Part shown: positions 1-15,280 of the stretch, one piece after another | Layout: the number at the start of each line of letters is the position of its first letter | Position numbering within the stretch: the first letter of the stretch is position 1 | Source: Octopus sinensis | Lineage: Eukaryota | Assembly: GCF_006345805.1 (NCBI RefSeq) | Contig: NC_043018.1 | Coordinates: 24,862,001-24,926,000, forward strand | DNA: 64,000 nucleotides | Direction: 5' to 3' | Position numbers and translations under genes: made by a program | Notes under the pieces: generated by a model | Told to the model about the DNA's origin: nothing | What the model saw: the letters and a program-made list of their open reading frames with translations, nothing else | Databases searched by the model: none

Positions 1-43
1 TACTATTATTATCATTATTATTATTATTGTTGTTATTATGTAA

Positions 44-987
44 GGTGGCAAACTGGCAGAATTGTTAGCACTCTGGGCAAAATGCTTAGCGGCATTCTGC
101 CTGTCTTTACGTTCTGAGTTCAAACTCTACCAAGGTCGACTTTGGTTTGCATTCCTTCAGGGTCAATAAATTAAGTACTACTGAAACACTAGTCCCCTCC
201 CCAGAAAATTCTAGCTTTGTGCCTTAAATAGAAAGGATTATTATTAGCATTATTATTAAGACGGCAAGCTGGCAGAATTGTTAGCATGCCGGGCGAAATG
301 CTTAGCAGTATTTCATCTGTCTACATTCTGAGTTCAAATTCTACTTAATTTATCATCATTTCAGGGTTGGTAAATTAAGTACCAGTTGAGTACTGGAGTC
401 GATGAAATCAACTTACCCTCTCCCCAAAATTACTTGCTTTGTGCCTAAAAGTGAAATCATTATTATTACCATTAGTAGTATTGTTATCATTATTATTATT
501 ATTATTATTAGGGTGGTGAGCTGGCAGAATCATTAGTACACCAGGTGAAATGCTTAGTGGTATTTCAACTGTTTTTACTTTTCTGAGTTCACATTCCACC
601 GAGGTCGACTTTGCCTTTCATCCTTTTGGGGTTGATGAAATAAGTGCCAGTTGCACACTGGGGTCGATGTAATCGAGTGATCCCCTCCCCTTAAATTGCT
701 GGCCTTGTGCCAAAACCTGAAATCATCATCATTATTATTATTATTATTATTATATTATTATTATTATTAGGGTGGTGAGCTGGCAGAATCATTAGTACAC
801 CAGGTGAAATGCTTAGTGGTATTTCAACTGTTTTTACTTTTCTGAGTTCACATTCCACCGAGGTCGACTTTGCCTTTCATCCTTTTGGGGTTGATGAAAT
901 AAGTGCCAGTTGCACACTGGGGTCGATGTAATCGAGTGATCCCCTCCCCTTAAATTGCTGGCCTTGTGCCAAAACCTGAAATCATCA

Positions 988-1032
<45 letters not shown>

Positions 1033-1745
1033 GGCGGCGAGCTGGTAGAATCGTTAGCACACCGGGCGAAATGCTTAGCAGTATTTCGTCTGCGGTTACG
1101 TCCTGAGTTCAAATTCCGCCGAGGTCGACTTTGCCTTTCATCCTTTTGGGGTTGATGAAATAAGTGCCAGTTGCACACTGGGGTCGATGTAATCGAGTGA
1201 TCCCCTCCCCTTAAATTGCTGGCCTTGTGCCAAAACCTGAAATCATCATCATTATTATTATTATTATATTATTATTATTATTATTATTATTATTTAGGCA
1301 GTGAGCTGGCAGAGTTGTTAGCACGCCAGGCAAAATGCTTAGCAATATTTCATCCATCTTTACATTCTGAGTTCAAATTCTGCCGAGGTCAACTTTATCA
1401 TTCATCCTTTTTGGGTTGATAAATTAAGTACCAGTGAAACACTGGGGTCAACATAATCAACAAGTCACCTTCTGCCAAATTTCAGGCCTTGTGCCTATAA
1501 TAGAAATTATTATTATTATTATTATTATTTAGGCAGTGAGCTGGCAGAGTTGTTAGCACGCCAGGCAAAATGCTTAGCAATATTTCATCCATCTTTACAT
1601 TCTGAGTTCAAATTCCACTGAGGTCAGCTTTGCCTTTCATCCTTTTGGGGTCGATAAAATAAGTACCATTTGAGTTACTGGGGTCAATTTAATCGACTAT
1701 CCCCCTCCCACAAATTTCAGGCCTTCTGCCTATCATAGAAACGGT
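44..1745 (+). mobile_element. Head-to-tail array of 7 tRNA-derived SINEs (family A, GGCGGCGAGCTGGCAGAA head) separated by (TTA)n/(ATC)n
   Basis: Copies start near 44, 259, 511, 770, 1033, 1297 and 1532. Each has a box B-like GAGTTC(A/C)A.TTC and a shared body (TTTGCCTTTCATCC...TAAGTACCAG...GGGGTCGATGTAATCG). Confidence 0.88.
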
Positions 1746-2474
1746 CATTATTATGATTATAACTTTTTCTTCTTCCTTTTTCCTCTCTCTCTCACACACA
1801 CACACACAAACGCACACATGCAATTTGCTATTTTTTCCTACTCATTCAATATCTTCTCTTTCTCTCTCGCTCACATAGACAGACAAATCCAATGGGAGTC
1901 GACCAACACCCCTACCCAACTCACTGTCCCCTAATTCCCCCTGATCCTTTCCCTCCTCCCCCCTCTGAAACAAACAAGTCCAGCTCAAGACACTCCCCCA
2001 CCTCCCACAAAATAACAAGGAGTCCTTCAACTAAATAAAAAACTAAGAAAATACCAACAAAAAGTAAATAAATGAATAAAATTAATTTAAAAACCAATTA
2101 TAATCCGCAACTAATTAACATAGATTCTAATTTCGATTTCAGAACAGAGGTGGTGGTGGGCATAATGGTGACGTGGGTGGGTGATGGAGGTGGGGTGTTA
2201 GTGGAAGAGGGTGGGGGTGTTGGCAGAAACATGCAAAGTCAACATTTTATGATGTTGTTCTTGTTTGTCAATGGATCAACACTGAGCCACAGACCTATGA
2301 TCAAAGGACATTCCAGCCATGACCATCACATCTCTTTAGGAGTATCTAGGACTACAGAGTCAAATGTGCTTGTCCATTTCTCTTTTCTTTTCCTTTTTAT
2401 ACTAGGGCATGATTTGAGGGAGATTTGGCTGTTGTTTTTCAGGAGATCAAGCAACCATTTATAGGAGACAATGT

Positions 2475-3775
2475 GGCCAATAGCAATGATGGGAGAGGTT
2501 GTGGTGGGGTTTATGGTAGTAGTGGAAGTAGTGGTGGTGGTATTGGTGGTGAGGGTGATGGTAGTGGTTGTGGTGGAGGTGGTAGTATTGATTGCGAGGG
2601 TGATGGTAGTGGTGGTGTTGATAGCGAGGGGATGATAGCGGTGATGGTGGTAGTGGAGCTGATGATGGTGGTGGTACTGATGGTGAGGGTGGTGGTAGTG
2701 GTGGTGATGAAGTTGGCAGTAGTGGAGCTGATGGTCATAGTGGTACTGATGGTGGTGATGGTAATGATGGTGAGGGTGAAAGGGAGGGGTGGTCATAGAA
2801 GAGGTGGCCAAATAGCAATGGTGGTTAGTGGCAGTGGTGGCAGTGGTGTTGCTGCTGTGGTTGTTTATGATGGGAGGCAGCCAATAGCAAATAGCCATGA
2901 TAGGGTAGTGGTGTTGATGGTAGAGGTGGTGGTGTTGGTGGTGGAGGTGGTGGTGATACTGATGGTGTGTTGATGGTGGAGGTGGTGGTGATACTGATGG
3001 TGTTCTTGATGGTGGAGGTGGTGTTGAGTTGGTTATGATGGTATGACATTGATGGTGTTGATGGTGATGGTGTTGGTAGTGATAGTGGTGGTGTTTTAAC
3101 GGTGGAGACAGGGGAGTGATGGTAGTAATATATAGTGACCAATAGCAATGATGGTAGTAGTAGTAGTAGTAGTGGTGGTGATGGTGGCCAAAGCAATGGT
3201 GGTGGTGATGATGATGGTGGTGGTGTTTATGATGGGGGAGGTCAACCAATAAACAATAATAGCAGTGGTGGTGGTGGTGATGGTATTGATGATAGTGGTG
3301 ATGCTGATGGTAGTGGTGTTATTGATGAGGATGACGTCGATGATGATAGTGATATTGGTAGTGGTGTCAGTGGTGCAGCGGGGGTGGGGGAAGCAAGGAA
3401 GTCGGGTGGGGGGGCAGGAGAAAGATCCAAATGGTCTTTACTGAAAATGGTTATAGAATGATGGAACTACAGCAGAAATCCGAGGAATGTCTGAATGAAT
3501 TACAGGGAGCAATATTGCTGCTGCTGATGTTGTTGTTGAAGTAGATGATAGTTTGTTGTTTACAAAGATGCTGATGATGATGATGATGGTGATAATGATG
3601 AGGAGGAGGATAGCCATTATGATGATGATGATAACAATAATGATGATAACTATGATGATGATGGAGATGATGATAAGGATGATGATTATCATGATGGTGA
3701 TGCTGTTTCTGCTGCTAATGATAATGATGATAACGATGATGATGCTAACGATGATAGCAATGATGATGATGATGC
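2475..3775. repeat. Degenerate (GGT/GAT/AGT)n low-complexity tract
   Basis: Trinucleotide runs giving His-, Val-, Gly- and Met-rich pseudo-ORFs in all frames. Confidence 0.9.
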
Positions 3776-4167
3776 ACGTTGCAATAGAAGCATTTTTGTC
3801 AGCACATACAGAAATGGAGTTTAATGACAAGGAAGCACTCTTGAAAGATAATGGAGCTCATAGGAGGTGGGGAATAAAAATAATAATAACAATAATAATA
3901 TTGTGAAAAACAATACAAATTACAAAAAATTTTAGATTCAGGAAAACAAAAATCGCAAAAGTCGGTAAACGTTGCTGGAACTGTCGGAATAATTACAAGA
4001 GAAACGGTAATGCCAAACCATGGAACTGTATATACAGGAATATCAGATCTCTGTTGAGAGACAAAGAAACAACATAATCCCCAAGTTCCAAAGAATCGGT
4101 AATCATGCAAAGAACTCAGAACTGAAAACAATCCTGAAACTTAACGATTGCTAAAAGTATTTTTGTT

Positions 4168-6420
<2,253 letters not shown>

Positions 6421-6682
6421 TATCTGTAATTATCTAGTGCCAAACAACAGCCATAAAACATCTCAGTGTAATTTCCTAGAAGTTTCTTTCTCTATAAAAA
6501 TTCCTTCAGCACCTGTTTTTTTGAGAAGAGGAAGAAAAGAGGAAGAGGAGAAGAAATATGAAAGAAACATAGAAAGAAGTAGAGGGTGGTGGGATTAGGA
6601 CCATATTTAGGTAAAGGAGCAACTCACCACCACCATACACATCAGCATATACCTATATTCATATCTATGTGTGTGTGTGTGA

Positions 6683-6719
<37 letters not shown>

Positions 6720-6785
6720 AATTTTGTGTGTAATAAGATAAAAAACCCAAGGCTGTGTAGATATTAGAACATTTATAGATAGAAG

Positions 6786-6837
6786 GTCTTATAGCTGTTT
6801 CCAGGATGTTTATTAATTATATCCCTTCATCAGAGAC
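6786..6837 (-). ncRNA. Degenerate type I hammerhead motif
   Basis: Minus strand: gtct CTGATGA agggat...atcctg GAAAC AGCT ATA agac; the stem III G is mutated to A. Confidence 0.45.
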
Positions 6838-7053
6838 AGTGTGAGAGGATGGTTAAGCTGAACCCCTTATTCGCAAAAGTACTGAACCTGGAACTTAACT
6901 ATGGTCTGTCTATAGCACTTATTCAACATTACCTGACACCTTTGGGTCTCAATGATACCATTACCTCCTTATATAAACATATACATATATGCTCAAATGC
7001 ATATGCACTCAGATATATACATATACAAAGATATGTATACATTTATATACATA

Positions 7054-8078
7054 CTAGCATTATGACCCGTTGTTGCCGGGTCATAGTGCTAGTGCATGTA
7101 TATATGTGTGTATATATATGTGTACATATTACATGTACATCTATATATATACATCTACACATAAAATACAAAATACAAAGTTATATCTTGATATCGCTAG
7201 TGATAACAATACTCAAAATATATAACAGACTGGAATTGTAGGCCCGTCTCTTGCAATTTCGATCAATTGTATCTTGTCCTCTCTCTTGTATAGAAGTGTG
7301 GCTACAATCCAGCCTACCTCTACTGCTGGGGGGGGGGGGCATTTTTAATTTTTATCCAGGATGTCCTACGTCCCAAATATAAAGGTAAAAATAAAATATT
7401 TCCACTTTTCAAGTTCGAGTCGAGTACTCCTTTGCACGCTCCGTTGACTCGAACCTTGCTTCCATTATCGCGAATTTACCGCCTCTGATTAGATATCTTT
7501 CATAGTCGCACCAAGACACTTTTCGAAGGTGCTTTCCTACAGGTGTTCAAATCTTTTTTCTCTACATCGTATACTTTATAGACAATAGTCTTTTCTTTAA
7601 TTTAATTTTTTATTATCCATCTGGACTATTCCATTTCTGCACGCTAATTTTATTTTTAATTTATTCCCATTCATGTGAATCCACTTATTCAAGTTCAAGA
7701 TGCAATTTTATACCAATTGCTATTTCTACTTTTGTTATGTTACAATTATATTATACTTTAGTTTGATTTTAATTATTACTTACTACATATAATTCAATTG
7801 TTATTATTATTTTTATTGTTAAAGTGAAAGTATCTGACATAAAATAGAGAAATATTTTTGTTTCACTTTTAACACGTAATACTGAAATAGTGGAGAAGAT
7901 ATGATATTGCTATGGGCTCGCTCTAGGCAAGAAGTTGAACATTTTTTTGCCCATGAAACTACATGGACCCTAAGTAAGGCATGTGTAAAATTTGAATGAA
8001 ATTGGTTGTGTAGTTCTCAAGTTTTAGGGAAACACACAGACAGACAGACACACATTCTCAGTTTTATATATATAGAGA
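7054..8078 (-). mobile_element. Non-autonomous Helitron with a CpG-richer internal segment
   Basis: Minus strand: 5' TCTCTATATATATAAAACTGAG...; 3' GACCCGG..CGGGTC hairpin and CTAG at 7054-7057. Confidence 0.65.
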
Positions 8079-8233
8079 TATAAGTATATACAGACAGATG
8101 CTGCTATATATATATATATATATAAGAAATAATAGAGATTCAGTTGAATTAGATACTTAAGTAGAAGCATCAAGTCAGTCTGGTATTATTCACACACCTC
8201 AAAACAAGGTGAATAAAATCAAAAATAAACAAC

Positions 8234-8369
8234 AGGATATCAAGAAGTGATGCAGTATGACCATTTCAAGTGGCTCCATAGCTCTGCATTTAAACTGACG
8301 TAATGATTACATTGTTCAATTAAATGGAGCTGCTTGAAACGGTTGTACTGTGTCACTTCTTGATATCCT
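8234..8369. repeat. Diverged 46-bp inverted repeat
   Basis: aggatatcaagaagtga...ctccat / atggag...tcacttcttgatatcct. Confidence 0.7.
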
Positions 8370-10900
8370 CTGTGTATATACATATATATATATATAGATG
8401 CATGTGCATATATATATATGTGCGTGTGAATGCGTGTATATATACATACATACATGTATATATATATACACACACACACAAATTGGCTTCTTACAGTTTC
8501 TGTCTACCAGATCCATTCAAAAGGCTCTAGTCACTCTGGGACCATAGCAGACACTTTCCCAAGATGCTCCATGGCATAGGGGTGAACCCAGAACCATGTG
8601 GTTGGGAAGCAAACTTCTTGCCACACAGCCATACCTGCACAAACAAACACACCTGTAATTATCCATGTCAAACAACAACTATAAAACATTTCATCAACTA
8701 AACCCTTCCGGTCAGGGCAGTGCACCGGTATGGCCACAGTCCAATGACCGAAACCAGTGAAAGATAAATAAACTCGTAAAAATATTTGGAAGAATTGAAA
8801 TATAACTAGGAATTCCACAGTGAGATTAGAACCCAGATCTTCATTTTATGTGTTGGGGTCAATTGGTATTTTTTTACCATTGAAGAACTGAACTGATATT
8901 GCTGATGCTGGTTGTGGTGGTGATGGCAGTGAAGATGGTGGTGGTGGTGGTGGTGGTAGTGACGATGTTGAAGGTGAAGGTGTTGGTGGTGAAGGTGCTG
9001 TGGTGAAGGTGTTAGTGGTGCTGGTGGTGGACGTATTGGTGGTGGTGAAGGTGTTAGTGGCAGTGAAGGTGGTGTTGGTGGTGGTGGGAAAGGTGGTGGT
9101 GGTGTTGGTAAAGGTGTTAGCGGTGGTGTTGAAGGTGTTGGCAGTGTTGGTGAAGGTGGTGCTTTTAGATGTTTGAAAGGTGAACGCGCTATTGCAAGCA
9201 CACATGCACCTATACAAATATGGATGCAATTAAACACACATAAATGCATAAGCATATACGTAGGTGTGTGTGTGTACATGTAAAAGTATACACGTACACA
9301 CACACACATACACACACATGGATATGCATTCAATTGCATACACATACACACTGATACATATGCCATTGTAAAGACATACACACACGTATCTAGATATATG
9401 TATGTGTGCATGCATATGTATAAATGTATGTGTGTATATATATATATGTGTGTATGTGTGTGTGTGTATATATACATACACATACATATATCTAGATGTG
9501 TGTGAGTGTGTATATATATATGTACATGTGTGTGTGTGTATTTATATGCACACACGTACATTAATAAAACATAAATCAAAATATCTGGTGCCACAAAATT
9601 AAGGTCAAACTTGTATATCCCACATGCATGTACTCAAAAACACACATGCATACACACACAGAGGTACAACAGCATTTATACATACATATACACACACAAA
9701 CATTCTATCTGTCTGTCTATCTATCTACCTATCTATCTCTCTATCTACGCTTTCACATAAACAGTTTAATGTTTTGAATATAAATTATGCATAAGATATT
9801 TACATGCACGTCTTAAGTTGGTTTTGATAATGAATCTCCTGTTGTTTGATCATTAAATTATCATACTGGCTGAATACTCCACAGACGTACGTCTCCTTTA
9901 TAGTGTAATTCTCAGATCAAGTCAGCATGACACAATACGTGACCCTTGAATTGCAGGTACAAACGAATCAACAGTCTCAACGGGACTTCAAACAGTTTCC
10001 TTCTATCTAATTAGTCCTCAAAAAGCATTTGGCTTGGATCAGGTTCACTTGAGACTAAGGTAAAAGACTTGTCCAAGATGTCAGGGCAGTAGGACCGAAC
10101 ATGCAATCTTAGGATTAGGAAGCAAGCCTCTTAACTATTTAGCTGTATTGTGTCCAATGAATGTACTACCATCATCATCATCATCGTCGTCGTCGCCATC
10201 ATCATTTAATGTTCATGCTCCATGCTGGTATGGATCAGACAGTCTGACAAGATCCAATGGATTTAAGGTCTGCATTATGTTCCAGTGTTTGCCTGTCTTG
10301 GGTTTCTATGGCTGGATGCCCTTCCTAATACCAACCACTTTACAAGATGTACTGGGTGCTTTTTACATGGCACCAACACTAGTGAGGTTACTGTGCAGCT
10401 GGCAAGGCTATGAACCCCAAATGAGGAAGGCAAAACTTCATGCTAAGTGTTTAACCCTTTAGCATTCAGATTACTCTGTCAAATGTAATGCTCATTCAGT
10501 TCTAAATTTAAGAGATGAGGAAACTATGTACATTATTTACATTTGACGGATATTTGTCCTCATCTTGTTTGTTGTTAACACAATGTTTCAGCTGATATAC
10601 CCTCCAGCATAACAACTACATGTGCATGACATGGTAATCTTATATCAAGATAAACAGCACATGACGTTGCAGGTGGGACCCAGTTAGAATTATCTTCAAG
10701 TCAAGTAACTCATCCCGCATAAAAAGGTCCCTGAATGAGGGTTGTTTAAGAATGTTGAACAAAAGAACCATGTTTCCAGAGGTGAATTAGTCAAACCCCA
10801 AAGAATTCCTCTCAACACATGGCTATGATGCTCCCCCACTACTTCTGCTCGTGATCAGAGACGCACATATCATTAGCCACCAAGGGACATGGTCAAACAG

Positions 10901-11162
10901 CTGACAAGCAAATTTGTAGTATTGAGCTATAGTATTTGCTGTAGACCATCTTTTATACCAAGACAAAACATGCACATGATTACACTTCCAATCAGTTAAG
11001 ATCAGAAGCCATGAGAGTCAGTGCTTGGTACTTACCAAGCACTGACTCTCATGGCTTCTGATCTTAACTGATTGGAAGTGTAATCATGTGCATGTTTTGT
11101 CTTGGTATAAAAGATGGTCTACAGCAAATACTATAGCTCAATACTACAAATTTGCTTGTCAG
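10901..11162. repeat. Perfect 130-bp inverted repeat with 2-nt spacer
   Basis: 10901-11030 is the reverse complement of 11033-11162. Confidence 0.92.
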
Positions 11163-11812
11163 GCTATTATTCTTATTATCATTATTATTATTATTATTAT
11201 TATTATTGGATGTAATGGATAATTTTGTCCCTATTAATTTTCAAAACATCACAGAATAACCAACACAAAAATGATTCATTGCACCCAGAGTAACTGGAGA
11301 TGTTGGGTGCAGAGACCTGCTGCCTTCTCTGCAACAACCACACACCCCTAATATTTCACCTCAAGCCATTCCTCTACTTCTCCAACACCACGTGCCCATT
11401 ACTTACCATGCACCCACCATCAGACTCGGTGGTGGTGTTGGTGGGGACTCAGAAAGGGAAGAAGTGGGGTTGAGGTGGGGGGAATAATGGGAGGAATAAG
11501 AAAGTAACACAAAAGGAGGAATAAGAAAGTAACACAAAAGCAATGTAGAGAGAGAAATGTGTGTGTTGTGTGTGTGTGTGTGTGTGTGTGTGTGGATGTG
11601 TGTGTGGGTGTGTGTGTGTGACCTTCATTTGGAAGTTTCTTCATGTCATAGTTTATGATCTATGCCTCAAATTACATGGTGGTGGTGGTGTGTGTGTGTA
11701 TACATATATATATATATATAAATTGATAGATTATTACATATATATGCATACACATTTGCAGGCACATATATATATATATATATATATAGGAGTGTGTGAT
11801 TGTGTGTGCGTG

Positions 11813-11853
<41 letters not shown>

Positions 11854-12050
11854 TCTTTTATTGCTTTCAGTCATTTGACTGCGGCCATGCTGGAGCACCG
11901 CCTTTAGTCGAACAAATTGACCCCAGTACTTATTCTTCGTAAGCCTAGTACTTATTCTATCGGTCACTTTTGCCGAACCGCTATGTTACAGGGATGTAAA
12001 CACACCAACATCAGTTGTCAATCAACAGTGGGGGACAAACACAGACACAC

Positions 12051-12101
<51 letters not shown>

Positions 12102-12954
12102 ACTCCTCTGCCACCCTGTCTAACTCCAATAAGAGCTGATCCAGATCCTGACAAACTATTCAACCCATGCACACATGGAAAGTGGAAAAGAACCAACTCC
12201 CATCACAGGGACCACCTACTCAATCCACCCCATCATTTCAACCACTTATTACCTTTATCTTTTACACTAATCCCTGACAACAGGACATTTCTCTTTCCCT
12301 TCTCCTCTCCCATATCTCCTCCATTATTACCCCTTAACACCATGGTAAAAGGGTAAAGACCCTCTTTGGTCAAGGAATGGTAATTGAATTGCACCTAGAA
12401 AGCTACCCTCCTAGGCCCATGTCCAGGCAAATTTGTTTCTGGAAGACCAGACCGGTAGTTGTACATGCATACCAGCCTCTTCTCTTCATGCCACCCAAAG
12501 GAAAGGCAAAGGGGCTGATACAGCTTGGCACCAGTGACATCACAACTAATTTCTACAGCTGAGTGAAAGGGAGCAACGTGAAATAAAGTGCCTTGCTCAA
12601 GAATACAACACACAGCTCGATCCAGGAATCAAACTCACTGTCTCATGATTGTGAGCCTGACGATCTAACCAACGAGCCATGCACCTTGATACACACACAC
12701 CACACACACACATATACACATGCTTACATATATATGTGTGTGTGTATATATAATGCTTGTAAATTTACACACACACACACACACATATATATACATATAT
12801 ATATACACACATGTATGTGTATATATATATATACATACATATATATATATATATATAATTTCAACAATTGAGGGCAAAATTAATTAATTATCAATCAATT
12901 TCACCAAGTGTTCAGTATGCAAAGGGACCATTCAAGGCGAATTCAAATTATTAC

Positions 12955-13044
12955 ATTATATAAAAGGGCTTAGTAAAATAAATTACTTTGCCGCATACTG
13001 AACTCAAAGTATGCGGCAAAGTAATTTATTTTACTAAGCCCTTT

Positions 13045-13052
<8 letters not shown>
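12955..13052. repeat. Perfect 45-bp inverted repeat, 8-nt loop
   Basis: attatataaaagggc...ccgcatact GAACTCAA agtatgcgg...gcccttttatataat. Confidence 0.9.
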
Positions 13053-13075
<23 letters not shown>

Positions 13076-13092
13076 CCACATGTATGTGTATG

Positions 13093-13123
<31 letters not shown>

Positions 13124-13789
13124 GTATGTGTGTATATTTATGCTTTTCTCTTTCATTCTATTAAGAATCACTATAGTTCCATTATAGCCATTAGTGAGTT
13201 CTGCAAAAGAATGGAGACATCTTCATGCCGTCTGAACACCGCCACACGGCACTCAACTCTGATTAGTGGAACAATTGTTAACCTTAGTCAAATTACACAA
13301 ATAAATTATCTTCTATGTATACCTGTCTATTGATATATGTGTATGTGTGAGTGAGTGTATGCATATGTGTACACACACACAACATATATATGAATACACG
13401 CGTACATACAAACACATTCACACAGAGATGCATATACTCACACACAAATATATATATATATCCACACATGTACACATATATATATATATATATACATACA
13501 CATATAGAGAGAGTTTGATATACAGATATGTACACATGGATCTTCACATATATTTGTGTGCATAGAGCGGTACACAAACACATATACAGGCATGCACAAG
13601 CACACAAATACACACAGTGTAATCAACACATGTACTTCACATAAAAATTACAAAATAAATGTTTTTATAAACAATGATCAAACCTTAAGAGACTTTGCTG
13701 CTGATTCAGTTTGAACAAATGGTTTCAATTAACCACATACATCATCACTATTATTAAAGCTATCATCATCATCACCATTGTTATTATTA

Positions 13790-14152
13790 CTACTGTCTTA
13801 GCAAAGGCAGGGGTATTGTTTTCAGTTGTGTTTGTTTGTTCATCCGTCGACAAGATATCTCAAGAACCGCTGGATGGATTCAGATGAAACTTTCAGGGAT
13901 GCTTGGCTTCGTGGCTGGTTCGAACTGATAAGATTTGGGGATCAATCAGGTATAAGACAAGGATTCTAGGTTATTTTTCCTGTTCTTTTACTTAATTTTT
14001 GAGAGTGGTCAGTTGTATTTTTAGTATTCTCATTTGTGAGAGCAATCGATTTATTTCAGATATTTCCATTTTAAAAATCATCTCAGGCTAATTGTTGATT
14101 GGATGTTAGTGTTGCTTTGGCTGAGGTCTGTGCTCTCTGAGTGCTCTTGTTA
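13790..14152 (+). mobile_element. Helentron-associated non-autonomous element (HINE/DINE-1-like)
   Basis: Degenerate sub-terminal inverted repeats (cttagcaaagg / ctttggctgagg), gtttgtttgt microsatellite, ggattcagatgaaactttcagg core and 3' ctctctgagtgctct end. Confidence 0.55.
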
Positions 14153-14208
14153 TTATAACTTTTTTTTTATTACTCCAACTATTATTATTATTATTATTAT
14201 TATTATCA

Positions 14209-15280
14209 AGGTGGTAAGCTGTCAGAATCATTAGCATGCTGGGCAAAACACTTCATCTGTCTTTACGTTCTGAGTTCAAATTCTGCCAAGATCAACTTTG
14301 TCCTTTAGGAGTTGATAAAATAAGTACCAGTTAAATACTGGGGTCAATATAATCAACTTACCCCCTCCCTTGAACTTGCTGTTTTGTGCCAAAATTTGCA
14401 ACCATTATTATTATTATTATTATTAAGGCAGCGAACTGGCAGAATTGTTAGCATGCTTGCTGCTATGTTCTGAGTTCAAATTCTGCCAGGGTTGACTTTG
14501 CCTTTCATCCTTTCAGGGGGGGTCGATAAATTAAGTACCAGTGAAACACTGGAGTAAAAATAATCGACTAGTCGCCTCCCCACAAATTTCGGGTCTTGTG
14601 CCTTTAGTAGAAAGGATTACCATTATTATTATTATTGAATGCAGTGAGCTGGCGGAATTGTTAGCACACTGGACAAAACACTTAGTGGCATTTCGCCTGT
14701 CACTACATTCTGAGTTCAAATTTCATCGAGGTTGACTTTGCCTTTCATCCTTTTGGGGTCAATAAATTTAAGCACTAATTGAAAACTGAAGTCATTGTTA
14801 TTATTATTATTATTATCATTATTAAGGTGGTAAGCTGGCAGAATTGTTAGCATGCTGGGTGAAATGCTTAGCAGTATCTCGTATGTGGCTATGTTCTGAT
14901 TTCAAATTCTGCCGAGATCAACTTTGACTTTCATCCTTCTGGGGTTCGATGAAATAAGTACCAGTTACACATTGGGGTCGATGTAATTGACTTTTCTCCA
15001 TCCCCCAAAATTTTCAAGACCTTGTGCTTATAGTAGAAAGGATTATTATTATTATTATTATTAAGGCAGTGGGCTGGCAGAATCGTCTGCACACCAGACA
15101 AAATACTTAGTGGTATTTCATCTGTCTTGACGTTCTGAGTTCAAATTCTGCTGAGGTCAACTTCGCCCCTCATCCTTTCAGAATCAATAAATAAAGTACC
15201 AGTGAAACGCTGGGGGTCGATACAATTGACTAGCCCCCTACCACAAAATTTCAGGCCTTGTGCCTATAATAGAAAGGATT
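14209..15280 (+). mobile_element. Head-to-tail array of about 6 family A SINEs with (TTA)n spacers
   Basis: Repeated ggtggtaagctggcagaa...ctgagttcaaattctgcc...taagtaccag...ccttgtgcc units. Confidence 0.85.

Noticed and set aside
2326-3249. 307-aa His/Pro-rich ORF and overlapping Gly/Val-rich ORFs
   Set aside because: Translations of a (GGT/GAT)n tract, open in several frames on both strands, with no splice or domain support.
8806-9594. 262-aa ORF with a Pro-rich segment
   Set aside because: Made of (CA/TA)n and (ACC)n repeats.
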